DNA of 63,832 bases, filler included, from Platydemus manokwari (taxonomy: Eukaryota), in NCBI GenBank assembly GCA_037951405.1. It is 6 parts of 6 records of this genome, joined end to end, with 100 filler letters (N's around TTAATTAATTAA, not from the genome) between each part and the next. Parts side by side here need not be neighbours in the genome. Positions count along the whole stretch, not along the records: positions 1 to 9,960 come from JBBMOY011184878.1; positions 10,061 to 18,975 come from JBBMOY011330428.1; 4 more parts are not named here. One strand, written 5' to 3'. Of the stretch, positions 1 through 14,229 are shown in pieces (position 1 is the stretch's first letter; each line of letters starts with the position of its first letter). Both the position numbers and the translations under genes were made by a program. A model generated the notes under the pieces. It was not told where the DNA came from and did not search any database. It saw only the letters and a list, made by a program, of their open reading frames with translations.

Positions 1-3000
1 TATGCATTCCAAATCTAGACTCTGTGCATTTCTTTAAGATTATAAAATAATGGTTTAATAATTATTGTAATATTTCAAATTTAAAAAGTACGTCAGCTTG
101 CTAGAAATTATGCTTCCATAATTTATTATACATAACAACATTATTTATTGTTAATTCATGACTTCGTCCAAAATTAGTATCTACTACCCAACTTATTATG
201 GTGGTGCATTTCATACTAAGAGTACACGCTTTCTGCACTACTTAAAGATAATCTGAAATTAATCATTGGCTTTAAGTATTCAGAGTTAGATTATGCTTTT
301 TTTATTTCTGAAATAATTCATTTAGTTAGATAATAAGCCTACATATTTTTGAGTTAATTCATATTTTTTGAATTGACATGTTTTAACATTTAGTATATGC
401 AAATCGTTTCTTGCGATGCCAACCATTTATATTGTTCTGTGGAAATATGGACCTTTTTACTTTTATCAAGTGATTTTATAAAATGTCCTCAACTTTAGAT
501 AACGTATACAAGCCATATAAATGTAGCCATTCAATCCCAAACTTCTCTCTCTCAACACACACAAATACATGTATGTGAAGTAAATATTTCACAGACTGAT
601 ATTTGATATCAAAAAGAGCTTGCAATTTTGAGTCTTCTGTATCTATTACACATAAGCTCCAACACAGTCATTGGATTAATCTTCATTAATTTTCCTTATA
701 ACGATGATTCTAAAGTCATTCGTTACCTTAATCAACAATTCTTAATGATAACCAAAAGGCATTGTATTACCTAACTTAACTTAATATATTGTTATCATAC
801 TTATGAAATAAATGAAAAGATGTGGATTTTGTACCAATAAAAGTCCTGAACATTTGAAATGTACACTAATTCGATTAACTCATTAAAAATTAAGGTATCA
901 TTAGTAGTACTGCGAAATATGGACAAGTTTTCATCATAATTTTTAATAAAATATGTGGACACGTGTTTCAAGAAATTTTAATGTTTAAATAAAATGTATT
1001 TTAAAAATAAAATAACTTTATAAATGAGTATCATTTAGGAAATTTATATAATTTACAATTATTTTATTCAAAGATGTTAAGGTTTAATACACGGAGTTAG
1101 AAAAAATATTTTAAGAAGCATTTGCATGCCATTAATGATACAGTTATTGCACTATTTCAATTCGATGTAATATCAGCAGTTAGTTCTTTAAAAGTCTCAA
1201 TAAATAAATTTAATTACTTTTATTTTACCTTTCCTCTTATGAAAATTATTTAAAGTATTTTTTATCGATGATACGAAAAATAAGTTTTTATAATTTCACA
1301 AGCCACTACTTTTAGAATTTTGTTTGAATATTATTACACATAATTTATGCCATTTTGAAAATCTGTAGTAAATTTTGAGTTTTATGGATATTCTTATACG
1401 GTAATGAGGTACTTAGAATATATTTTTTAATCTAACCTGGTATTATGTTTCCTTTTCGGTATTGAATTAACAATTATTTAAATTCTATGATGAATAAAGT
1501 AATTTAATTTAAATTGAATTAACTGTCAGTTTATCCGAATTAATAATGAAATATATTTAAGTATAGAAATTAATAACTTTTGAAAATATGAATTATATGC
1601 CTTTAATTATTGTTGAAGTAAGTTTTCTGTTTAATAAATTTTGTATCACGAAGTGGAATTGTTTTCGAATTTGCGAAAACCGAGATTTTCGTTATTTTAA
1701 TTTTCGGTCATTTTTTTCAAATTATTTTGTAGTAACACAACTTCACTTTTAATTTTTCTTTTATATGCACTAAGTTTCTTGGGTTAGCTTAGAAACCTAA
1801 ATTTAGAACTCTAAATAAATATTGGACATGATAGCCTGCAAAATATTCACAAAATTTATATACTTATTAGTGCCAGTTATTTGAGGTTCTATGAAAACCC
1901 AAACTCAAAAATTATTTAATTAGATCAATATTTATTAAAAGCAAATAAAATTATAAATAAAGTCGAAATAGTATGGCTGAATATTATATTTTGTACATGT
2001 TAATAGGCCCAATTCTGTATTTGTATTTAACGTTTTATTTTAACATAATGGTTGATTTATCATAATTTTATTATGCTTTTGAATAAGTTTTAAATATAAT
2101 CTGAGTTGTAAAGCAATCTTTACAGTTCGTGTTTTTTCATTTTGAATCTGTAAAACATTAAAATTAGTTAAAAATTCTTTATTGTCACTGAAAAATTAAA
2201 ATTGCAAATATATGATTCAGACTTTGAATATTATAGCTTGGTTATTTCTATGGGGTAGAAGTTAGCTGAATTGTATCGCTGAAATAAGAGAAACGAATGT
2301 ATTTGCTATTCTAAAATAAATTTACGTTTTTAATAAACAGCTATAATTTCGATCTTTGGATTATACGTAATTAGAGGATTCAACACACTTTTTAGACACT
2401 TCCTAATTTGATTGAGTTTTTTAAAAATGCTGCTAGGACTAAGATATAGATGAATAAATTCCATCAGTACCTGGCTTTTAACAATGGTAAATTTTAGGTT
2501 GCAGGTTAACACATGTGTTTACTTCAACGTTGTTTTGATAATTTCCATCTTTTCATAATAATTTAAATTCTTCAGATTTGCAACTCAATTAAAATTGTCG
2601 TTTTGTAGCAATCTAGCTCCCATTATTTGTTTCATTTTAATTTCATCGCTATTAGTTTTAAAATCAAATTCTTTTTCTAAAAACATTAGTTTTCCTAATT
2701 GCTTTTGTATCGATTATGCTTCTTTATCGAATTGTAGCATCCAGTAATTATTTATTATAAATTTTATTTCCTACGAACTGATCTAATTTATTCGATATTT
2801 TTTTTATTTATAAACTTTTACAACGAATTTCTGAACTTTGCCTAACCCTAACTATAATTTATAGACTGCCTTATAATTGTAACGGTTCAATTTACAATAT
2901 AATTCTAAATATTAAATTTATGAGATGTTCGAGAGTAATGATAAAGATTTTACTTTGTAAATAAACGTAGCCTTGTTCTATGTAAACTCGGTGATGAGTA

Positions 3001-6000
3001 GACAGAGTTCGCGATTAACTAGAGTTCGGTTGTTTAACTAGAAAGTATAAACCCACTAGATGTTGGCTTATCATTAAACTGAAAAATAAATGTAATATTC
3101 GGATTAAAACGATAAATGTATTTTTAATTAAAGCACTGAACTGGATTTCGTCGCAGAAACAGTTATTGAGATTATTTATAATTATAAAATTCATTATGCG
3201 GGGATTCTATTTTGTAATTGAGTACCAACTTGACTTGAATAACAATTAGTAAACTTGAGATTTTGTGGATAAATCTTGCATAACTATTTTCTTCATAAAA
3301 TTTCTTGACCATGAATCACTCTTGTTTCAAATTTGATTCTGAATTATGTGATCAGAATGTTATGATTAAAAAAAAATTTGTGACCAAATGTTCTTTCGTT
3401 ATTAAAATCTATTACATGGTAGTATTTATAATTTTCTTATTTGACACTGTCTTTGTTCGTTAGTTTTGTCATCTCTGTGTAATTTATTGCATACCGATGG
3501 TATTATTATTAACACATTTATTTTTAATTGCTTGTATACATTTTTATGTAATTTAATGAATTAAAATTTTTATTTTTATATTATTCTAATTTTAGAGACT
3601 AATAATTGTTCGATACTTTAGTTGTATTCATTATAAATCGTGCATACAATTTAATTCTAGGCATTACTATCTCTTTCAATGTTTAAGGTAATTTTATTTT
3701 TATTTTGCTTTGATGATTATTAGTTATATTGTTGCTTCGGGTTTGTATAATCGAAAAAGTTTAATTTTTGTTAGCACAAAGCAGACTTTTGTTGAGTAAA
3801 ACAAAACATATTTAAATTTTAGAGTTCCTAAAGACTTATGTTCGTACTTATTTATTTATTGAACAATTTATTTCATTTTATTCAAATACTTTATCCGCGT
3901 ACGAGGGAGCTTATTCAACAAATTCTTGTAATACTTCATCTATGCGCTTGGATTTCTAAAACTAAAAGCGAGACAATTTTATTTATAAAAGAACAGTCAT
4001 GTAAATCCAAAAAATATTATGTCCTTTTAGTGTGGCAGCTGACTCGAAGCAAATAATTGGAAAGATTCAATTAGATTTGCAGGTTTTAGTTGAGTAATAT
4101 CGATTAATCGTATTTAATTTAATAATAACATCGCAATAAGCCAGTTTCTTTAAGCTTAATTTGAATTTATTTGAGTATTTAGGAACTGACATGTTTATTA
4201 ACATAACTTTCCCACAGCAAACAACGACCTTTACTGTAAAGCATCAAATAAATCATCTTCACACAAAATTCTACAAAATCATTTTAGGAACAAAGAATTT
4301 ATCACAAGGAAGTCATCACCAAAAAGATAAAACGCTGTTAAATTGCAAACCAAATGCCAATTCAATGTATTATCAGTTTTTGTGTGTTAATTGATGTATT
4401 GTGTATTGATTTCCATTTGTTATAACTATCTAAACCTTATTAAAATATTTTGATTTGAGACTTTTCTTATTTCTTCGATGTCATTGGTCGACTCTAAGTA
4501 ACATTTCTTTTTGTTGATATTTATATGTTTTGACGTTGTCTGCCTATTTTGATTTATTATTATTTTTTTTTATTAATTTTTATTATTATTATTTTTATTA
4601 TTATCAGCCTCGAACATTTTATTTGTTGAACACTATCGCAACTTATATGTTTAATACTTAATTTTCGCCTATAACTAACAAATTCGTATGAAAAAGAGGC
4701 GATTTACTTATTAAATTTTTCTCTTTAAAATGGCACCAATTTCATTATCGATAAGGTGGTGAGGTAATAAATATCAAATTTTATGTATGATGTTAGTAGC
4801 CCTATATTATAACAGAACAGATATTTTATTTTCACAATACCCCGTGAATAAAAACATGGTACGAACGACATATACACTTGGGAATTGGTGATTTATAAAC
4901 TCATTCGTTGTATTGAGGCAAAGTCAAATTTAATGTGGTGTTCATTTACTCGATAAAAAATGTAACGACCAAATGTAGATTTTGATAATTTTAAAGGCAG
5001 GGAACGCTTACTAGGCATATGGTCTTATTAGTATATATTTGACATATTATGTAGGTTGGATTCTGCAAACCATTTTAGTGGTTTTGGTATATTATCTGGC
5101 CAGTGAATTAGTTAATCTTCTAACTCATAATATCGAAAATTGTCTTACATAATTTGTGCAAATACTGCTTTGTTACTGTTCTGTAAACAGTTCGGTTCAG
5201 TTCCTACCAAATGTATGGGTTTTCCTGTAGAGTATTTTGTAAAAATAATTATTTTTAATTATTGAGGGGAATTTCAGAATTATTCTTTATTCCATCAATG
5301 GAATATATTTATTCATAAATAATTTTAAATTAGGGAAGTATTTTTTATACTTGCTTTTTAATATATTATCTATTAAATTTATAGCACAAATTTTGTAAAT
5401 TGGTCTTTATTATTTTCTCCCGAGTTTTCAATATAGAAATATTATGGTTTAATGGATGGTTTTTTATTATTTCTGTCATTGGTGCCTCTCCATTGTCATC
5501 TTAATGTTATTCTATGTTTTCGAGTGAGTGTAATTATTCTTGATGATTATTATTGATGATTAATATTATATTATTTTGTCGCATTTTTCCATTATCGTAA
5601 TTACTTTTCAATCAAATATTATAATTATTATTTTTATTATCACTACCTTTTTTATGAAAATATAAACGACAAAGAAAGAGATCAAAGTCAAATGAGGAAT
5701 TATACAATATACAGCAAAGAGATAAATAAAATCTATGTTTTTGACATATCCCCAACATTATGATCGATTACCAATATTTTTTTGTGATTTGAAATCTTCC
5801 TTTTTTATTTTATTTATCTGTATAATCCAGGTTTTCTTTCGTCTTTATAAAAACACAATAAATTGTCTTAATTATCAAAGTTAAATAATAATTTATTGAT
5901 TTAAATATAATTGACAATTTTTTCATTTAATCAATTATGGGTCGGCGTTACATGCGTTAAGATACATATTGATCATTTATTTAAATTTATCAAACGTCCT

Positions 6001-8659
6001 TATAGAACTCCGACTGTCGATTTTATTTAATAGCACAAATTCAACGCATATTTAATTTTCTTGGGAGGATTATCAATAATTTAACATTTAATTAGCTGTC
6101 TTGGTAAAATGATCATGGATAAATCGATTAAATTCAGGTTGACGCTTGTGAATTAATTAGAAAGTTTTGTCTTATTAACCTTGGAATGTTTCTTGTGATT
6201 TCAATGAAACAATGGTGGATGAATTCTGATTTGATTATTTGCGTTTAAACAATTCTGACATTAATTTTCTCATTTTAAAATTTGTGATATTTTATGTGTA
6301 TTTATGATTGTAAAAAAATTAATTACATGCTAATGAACCTCTGTTTTATTTTATTATCTTATTACTAAATTTATTCTATTTTTTCTTTATCCACTTTGAT
6401 TTTAAATTTTTTAAATAATTCTAATAAATATTTGCGGAGTTTTCAAATTATCGCTCATGAAATAATGTTTCTAATGTTATTTGATAGACAGTACGATTTC
6501 GTTTTTGCTTTGTCGATGTGTTTAAAAGTTGATGTGCTTTTGGTTTATTTTTTAAACTCATGGGAACTCGAGAAACAAAAATGAAATGAATAATGGGAAT
6601 AATTTGATGTTATAGATATTATTTATACTGATGTGATGTACTCATGACGGTTTGGATCATAAATAGACGTATAAGCTATTATGAGTCCATATAAATAATT
6701 TCGGAATTATATTGAATTTTATTTCTTTAATATAAACACTCAATTTTATTATCACTGTTTGTGATATTATAAATCCCCTAGAGTTCTAACATCATAACAT
6801 TATTCTTGTTTTTAATAACTATTTTCATCTCGATCGATGTTTGAAAATCTATTTATATCAAAAATATTCCTTCCCGATTATGAAATAAATTATTAAATTG
6901 GAATTGTCTGTAAAAGGGTTTTATTGTTTTCTTTGATTATCACGAATATTTTATTTGTTGTTATTTGATTATCGATAGAAAATTTATTGGGGTTGTTCTA
7001 ATATTAAATATTTTATTCCCTCAATCCATATCTAAATTGAGGTTTACAGATTTCACAGAATAAGATAATAGATATATAAACTTATTTTATGTACAAGTTA
7101 ATCTACTCAATTGAATATTCTGTCAGATTGTCTAATTCCTAATGCAATTTTCTTTTTCATGTTCAAATAAGAATAACTTATGATGCTTATTTGTCTATCT
7201 GGTATACCTGTTTCGTTCTATATTCTTAAGGTTTGCATTCTGATTGAAAACTTTAAATTTCTTCCAATTTCTTTGTTTGAGATTAGAGATGTTTATTTTA
7301 GGCGAATTTCCAAAAGCTACTGACTTTTTACATATCATTAACATGCATGAGAGATTCTCTTACAGTTGATTATACTAGTTTCATGGTACCCAAATTTTTC
7401 AATAAGGGTAGATGTAATAACAAATAACAATCTAATTAATTATCTATGTTAGAATTTTTTGTCTCTGAAACTTTTAATCTCACCCTGAAATCTTAAGCAT
7501 GAAGACTAGTGAATGTTTTCAATAACATAACTGGTAAATAAATCACAACTTCTGTAGCAATTGAAAGGTACGATGTTATTATATTTGATTTGATACTTGT
7601 TAGTGACCAGCAATGATGATACTCATTTTATATAACTGTTATGTTTAGAGTTTATCGTTATTTTATAATACTCATCAAAGTTTTTTCTCGTTGACGCCTG
7701 AACACTATCTCTGCCTGATCGGTCACAGCAATTCTTTATTTGACCTACTGCTACTAATTATATCTAAGATTTTGTTGTTTCTTCGCGTCGACCGTTAAAT
7801 CATTTGTATAGAGAAAAGGAGGTAATGCTTTATTATATTTTTATTGTAAATCTTTTTCCTCACTATACATTTTACTGCTGATTTAGTTATGGTTTTATTA
7901 TATTTTATCATTCTCAATTTATTATTCAACAACTTTCTTTAACACAAAAAGATGACGAAAATATTAGCAATTATGGCAGTTTATAAATATTTGCTTATAT
8001 AAATTATTACTTTATACAATTAACGAAGTCAAACAAATTCGTAGTAGAAAAATATACTGAAAGAATACGATATGAAGCGAAATTATAATATAATGACATC
8101 ATATAAATAGAGTATAACAACTACAAGTTGGGCTTGGCAAAAACCGTACTTTGAGTAAGCCATTCTGAGTGGGCACGAAATTCTAAGATAACTTTATCAA
8201 AAATTATGTTGAGGGAACATAAGTTCAAATAAAGTTACGTTAATACGAGAACCTAGAAATTCTTTTGAATACCTTGGTTCAGAATCTACTCCTGATTAAT
8301 ATCAAACTAAAATACATTTGCTCTGATTATCGTACTGCTAATACCAAAAATATCTTTGACAATACTTCCAACCCAGTACAACTACACTTGTTGCAGGGCT
8401 AGCTACTTTACAAAAAAATCACTTTACATTTTATAATCTTTGGTTGAATAGGCGAAAATAAAGAGTTAACTCACTCTTATGTACTTATTTGAACCATGTA
8501 TACTCCTTCTGTTTAGATCCTATTATTCATACTTATTGGATCATAAGCGTTCTATTTATTTATTTTAGTTAGCGGAAATAGACGATAACTATTATTGTAA
8601 ACTTTGAATTACCATAATTGTAATTATTAATTAACCTTACAAATTAATATTCTTTAATA

Positions 8660-8933
8660 ATTTAATTTGACCTTACAATAATATTCAAATTTGGCTCTAT
8701 TACTCTGTATTCACTTATTTTACTTTTCGATAGCCAGTTTCCTGATACACATTATATAATACTTTAGTGGCATTTATTCTTTCTGTTCGAGCCTTCGGAC
8801 ATTCTTCTAGATGCACTAGACAGTATTTTTTTCGTAACTGCGGTTTAACACAATCAAACTCTCCTATGGCTGTGGTTCCGGTTTTATTAATAGGGCACAT
8901 CATCATGATTATTATTAACAATATAATGGGCAT
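8660..8933 (-). pseudogene. N-terminal fragment of a chuvirus-like envelope glycoprotein (copy A)
   Basis: Hydrophobic leader MPIILLIIIMMMC, then FDC-x8-CLVHLEEC...YQ...KVK and, after frameshifts, RAKFEYYCK. Same Cys spacing as the start of the copy at 17316. Confidence 0.6.
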
Positions 8934-9960
8934 TAGTGTTCCAAATTCTACATTCGGTATTCCCTTGGCTTGGATGTTTTAAACTTACTAGTTTCTTTTA
9001 ATAATCCTTTCCAGCCAAAATGCCTATTCATCCATGGCTTGACATATTTCTAATTGTAACGCCATATAGCTTTCGCACCATAAAGGTTATGGCTATCTGA
9101 GCCTTTACTGTGCCCGTAATTATTTCGATAAAACTTTTAATTTTTTCTTTGTCATCCTCTTCATCTGAAATTAAGTATTTGATCTGTGCTTTCACTCGTA
9201 CTAATTCAGTTGGTTTTGTTGGGTTTTGGTACTTATATGTTTGTATTCCCAACACCAGTGAGTTCTTCAGATTGATCTGACTTAAATTCAAAGCAACCCT
9301 CTCGATTATCAGTCTATTTAATAAATACAATATCTTATTTACTATATCAAATTCCTACAAACTAAATTATTATGAAAATATAAACTAAGACGTAAGACGA
9401 TTTGATATGAAAATTCCTCTATTGAACTTAAAACAATATTACAGAAATTTCCAATAAATTTCAATCACCAATGATTAATCAATTAATAATTCGGATCAAC
9501 AAACAAATTAATTATATAACACCAAAATAAATTTGACTCAAACGATTTTAAGGTTAGGGAGTAGTTAATTCGAATTTGACGAATCAACCTATATATTAAT
9601 ATTTTAAAGAGATATAGATTTTAAGATATAATTACAACTTTGGTAGTTTCCGCACCTTCGAAGTTATTCTTTCTCTTTTCAGTACGCAGTTTTGTCAACA
9701 GTCTTTCAGAAGTTGTCTATGGATTTTCTTTTTCTGATTCAATCTCCTCCTAGCGATGAAAACGGTCGTCGGCAGTTTGATTTAATTGTATATTAAGTTT
9801 CAGAACCTTTTACTATTTGAATTCCTGCGATTCAAGATATTCTTGATTTTTATGTTTAGATGTTTGTGTTTAAGTTTTTGTGCGCGAAAAATAATGATTT
9901 TAGGTGCCTATTTATAGTATTTTAGAAGTGGAAAATTCGCTTTAGAAATTTAAAATATTT

Positions 9961-10060
9961 NNNNNNNNNNNNNNNNNNNNNNNNNNNNNNNNNNNNNNNN
10001 NNNNTTAATTAATTAANNNNNNNNNNNNNNNNNNNNNNNNNNNNNNNNNNNNNNNNNNNN
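9961..10060. other. Artificial contig spacer (N-run, TTAATTAATTAA, N-run)
   Basis: 100-bp N block with an all-frame stop linker. Same design at 18976-19075, 32552-32651, 42410-42509 and 51372-51471. Confidence 0.97.
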
Positions 10061-10974
10061 TATTAAAATTTTAATTATAACATTTTTTTTAATAACATTA
10101 TAAAAATATTTTTAATTATTTTAATAAATCCTCACAATATTTATGGAAAATTCCTTATCATTTTCAAACATAATCGGAGTTATCACGAGCATAATATTAA
10201 TATAGATACCCTTTATAACCTCGTACATTCGTATCTAGATAGATATCTAGATTGAATCAAAGTTTAATATTTTTAATGTTCTGACTGCAACACTGTCTAT
10301 CCGCTTCTCTTCTGCTCATTCTGACTGCGTATCGACATGATATTCCAGGATTTGTGATTAAGTTATATGTTTTTCTTCTTCTTCACTATTGATCTTGTTT
10401 CCATCACGGTTAGGTTTTTATTTCGGAACAGCAGTCGAATTCGATTTGTTTGAGATAAACAAGCTTACACAATGAATACTGGGAAATTATATTTTATTGA
10501 ATTATGTGTTTAGGTACGCTGGGATTATTAGTGAATTAATTTAGGATTGAAATTAACTAGCAATATTCTTGGTCTATTCTGGGTCTAGCAATATTCTGGG
10601 TCTATTGATATTTTTACTCATTTTTTATCAAGATTCCAGATGAAGATGTTTGAAGTCTTAATTTAAAAAAACGTCGTCATCAATATTTCATGGATTATAT
10701 GTGACAGAATCGATTCAAACTATTAGAAGGAAAATAATTAAAAAGGGGCATAATCATGGCTAAAACAAATGGATGTGATTTTGGATTTTCCTTATGTTTA
10801 AATATATTAATTTTATTTTTTTAATTATCAATAATAACAGGAGTTTCAAGCGTGAAACTAGTAATAATATATTTTTATTAAGAATAATAACAAATAAACT
10901 ATAAAGATATATCAATTTAGTTCTTGTTTTCAAAATAGTTCTAAAATTTTGTTTTAATTAATTAATAAACTTAA

Positions 10975-11720
10975 TTTCACTAACTCATTATCACAAAATC
11001 TTTCCAATATATTTTCTTCTTTTAAATCCATCAATTTAAAAGTTATGGGTTTGGTTTTACAAACCTCTTAATGATAAATATTTCTTCAGAATATTTTGTA
11101 TTATATCATTTTTCAAATTTAATTTTATATTTATAAATTCTCAACCAATCTAGAATTTTAAATTTTGGTTTACCATTTAAATTATTATTAAAATTATTCC
11201 ATTATTCAATTTTTTATTTAATTATTTAAGGGTTTTTACTTGCTTCAATAGGACTAACACCAATATTTGTATGTCTTTTATTATTATATTTATTAACAAC
11301 ACTTTGCTATAAATAATTATCCCATTTATAACTGCAAGTAGTCTTAAAATGTTTCCACATAATATTTTTCAAAGTTCTAATAAATCTTTCTGCAAAAACA
11401 GTTTTACCTTCATTTTCAGTATGATATAAAATGATTTTATTTTCATCACAAAAATTTTTAAAAAATTTAATTCTAATTCCAGATTCTTTAGCAAACGATA
11501 TATATTTTGGAATTCTTTTGTCTTTCTTAGAATGACTTTCAAGGGCTTTCACCAAAGTTTCTTGTTTTTTATCTTTCATGAAAGTACACCAACCATATCT
11601 TGTGTATAAATCAATAACAACGAAAATAAACATAAATTTTGTAGCTTTTTTAGACATTATAACTAAATCTGCACTATGGGTATTGCTATTTTGATGTTTC
11701 AAGAGAAGATTTTCTTTTTC
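10975..11720 (-). pseudogene. Polinton/Maverick retroviral-like (rve) integrase
   Basis: ADLV...VVIDLYTRYGW...AERFIRTLK...W, continuing past a stop as KYNNKRHTNIGVSPIEA and YSEEIFIIKEV...KLMDLKEENI, the typical Maverick integrase C-terminus. Confidence 0.88.
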
Positions 11721-12146
11721 TTAAAATTTATTTAATATAAAATCAAATTCAATAATATAAAACTTAATTCAATATAAATTAAATTCTCCTAATTCAAATT
11801 AAATTCAATTTGATATACCCGTTTTTATAAAATCTTTGATTTTCCTTGTATTCTTAATATACATTGCAACGAGTTCTTGTAATATTTATCTGCATAAAGC
11901 TCTCTTATTCTTCTGTCTTATATAACTTCTATATATCTTCTATATATCGTCTATATATCTTCTCTATATCTTCTTTATATCCTATTTATATCTAATCTTC
12001 ATCTTTTTATCTTATTTATATATTTTCTATATAGTATCAACATCTTTCTATTTATTTTACTTAATTTTCAGTAATTTATCTTCTCAGAATTGAGTACAGA
12101 TGCGTGGTCGCCATGTAGGAGCGGTTACTTCGCTTGTAATTGGATA

Positions 12147-12597
12147 GGAACAAAAGATAAGAAACCATGTAGTAATGTAAAAACATAAACAGCAAGTACA
12201 TCAACTAATTATTTAGCATTTAAGCCATTCAATGATATTGATAATAATGGATTATATACAGGAGATGACAGAAAAAGCAAGAAAGCATATGTTATACCTA
12301 ATACAGAAAGAGAACGTTATAATGAACTTGGCGCTTAAGGTATTACAAGAAAGTATATATGAATCAGTCAACTATGAGGCTTTGCTATCTGCGGATCACT
12401 TTAAGAAGGCAAATTAAGGGTATGTTTTATTGTCTATACGAAGTTTCCAAGAGATAGGACAGGTTTTTGCGTTTCTTCTTAGAATATACTGCATAATAAC
12501 AATGATTAATATAATATTTTCATCTACAATTTCGGCTAAAACCTTGAAGGATGTTTTCAGATCTTCTTGGCAAGCGATGTGCTTCATTATTGGTAAA
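12147..12597 (+). pseudogene. C-terminal ectodomain plus transmembrane fragment of a chuvirus-like glycoprotein (copy B)
   Basis: 12147-12306 aligns at DNA level with 18620-18777. It continues KARKHMLYLIQKENVIMNLA...SFQEIGQVFAFLLRIYCIITMINIIF...WQAMCFII, which resembles the membrane-proximal and TM region. Confidence 0.7.
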
Positions 12598-12680
12598 ATA
12601 TCAAAAGGACATAGAATTTTTAAAAGTAGATGGTCTTACCAAATATTTTCAATACATCTACAAACGACTGACCCTGAAAG

Positions 12681-13280
12681 TTACCTTGTAAACATATCAA
12701 ATTCTTCAAAATAAAATACCACTCTCTCCGACTTCTTATTAGATTCGAGACCAATATCCAAAGCTTCTTTTACAGACAATGATTTCGGAATGTCTTTCTC
12801 CACTACTGTTGTCATTGCCTTTTGAGAAGCCAGGATGAAAGGTGATTCGTTATATTTATTGACCAATTGATTATCGAATAAATCGTCAGTGATTATCTTA
12901 TTGATAACTTCTTCAGAAAAATTTTCTTTGAATAAATTAGTTAAAAATGTTTCTCCAATCTCGAGTAAAATATTTTTATCTTTACAATGTTCCATGGATC
13001 TCATAAGTAGTATGTCATCGCTTTGTTTGAGAGCCAAGTTGGCCAAGCTAAGAAGTGTCTGATCAGATACAGGAGTTAACTCAAAATTATCAAGAATTAA
13101 TTGAATCAATTGAATGTTTTCTTCTTTGATTAAATCCGGCAGTAAATATTGATGAAAATCAATTTTCAAAAGTCGTTTCTCGTTTTGACTAAATGATTTA
13201 ATAAATCTAATAAAATCAATAATTTCAATGTCTTTCATTGGTAAGTACTTTTTATCTTCGATTTCAACCATATTTTTCAC
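12681..13280 (-). CDS. Helical-repeat/ankyrin-like protein (exon or decayed gene)
   Basis: 199-aa ORF with NKYNESPFILASQKAMTTVVEK, similar to an ankyrin repeat. An upstream in-frame NLEI*IVKNMV suggests decay; possible AAG|GTAACT donor near 12685. Confidence 0.45.
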   Translation of the reverse strand: MKNMVEIEDKKYLPMKDIEIIDFIRFIKSFSQNEKRLLKIDFHQYLLPDLIKEENIQLIQLILDNFELTPVSDQTLLSLANLALKQSDDILLMRSMEHCKDKNILLEIGETFLTNLFKENFSEEVINKIITDDLFDNQLVNKYNESPFILASQKAMTTVVEKDIPKSLSVKEALDIGLESNKKSERVVFYFEEFDMFTR

Positions 13281-14229
13281 AATTTAAATTTCTAGATTTC
13301 GGTCATCAGTGGTTCTTAATAAAGTATTTAATAAAAAATCCTTTTCATCTAATTAATTATATATTTTTAATAAATAATATATTATCATACAATATAGGAA
13401 TTTATATATTATATTATATAAGTTTATAAAATTAATTTTATCAATTTGATACTCCGAGAACATCTAATAAATTAAAGCATCAAATGAACCAAATTGAGAA
13501 ATATAAAAATTCAATCAATCGAGTCCGATTCATTTATCAAGGTGCTGTATTCTCAATAATTTATAGTCCCAGTGTTTATCCAGAAAATATTCCTAACTAA
13601 AAACATGACACCTTCAATATCTTATTTTTAAACGCAAACGGAATTATATTTTCATCAAATATTTTTTCTTATAGATTTTTTTATAGATTTTACATAATTA
13701 CTTTACAGATTTTTTTGTTCTGTTATTGATGTACAAGTTTAGTGAGATGAAATTCTAAATAAAGAAAAACGGAATTGCAGCTTGAAACTATCGTTTAAGC
13801 ACTTAAAACTTTTACATCCCTACACAACCATAGAAATCAGCTATTCGTAGTGAAGATAGTAAACGACAATTTGAAAAAAGGGCATAGCTAAGAAAAAAAT
13901 TCAGAGATAAGGATCTATATTTATTGCAGCATAATTTGCGTTATTGTATTAAGTAATACTTATCAAGGAATTTGGAGTCAGAGTTTCATTAACTGTATAG
14001 AACTATTCAATACACGTTATTAATTTGATCTAATATATAAAGAGAGTTGAGATATTTTTTATTAATTGTTAAAACATAAAAATATTATTAAAATATCACG
14101 ATTCAGTGTGTAAGCTCTGCTTGTGCTTGAAATAGATTTTATTCTTTGCACACAAATTGAAAAAGATAGTAAAATAATCGAATTAGAAAATTGTAATGCA
14201 CCATTATACAAAATGAATGAGGGAATTGT

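Noticed and set aside
400-770. Possible MULE/hAT transposase scraps (for example PQNNINGWHRK, minus strand)
   Set aside because: Motifs are too short and broken to support a call.
2878-3160. LTR-like segment starting TGTAAC
   Set aside because: No defined 3' end, TSD or second copy in the window.
6608-6799. TGTTAT...ATAACA 192-bp solo-LTR candidate
   Set aside because: Its 3' end weakly resembles the 46871-47750 LTR, but there is no matching target-site duplication.
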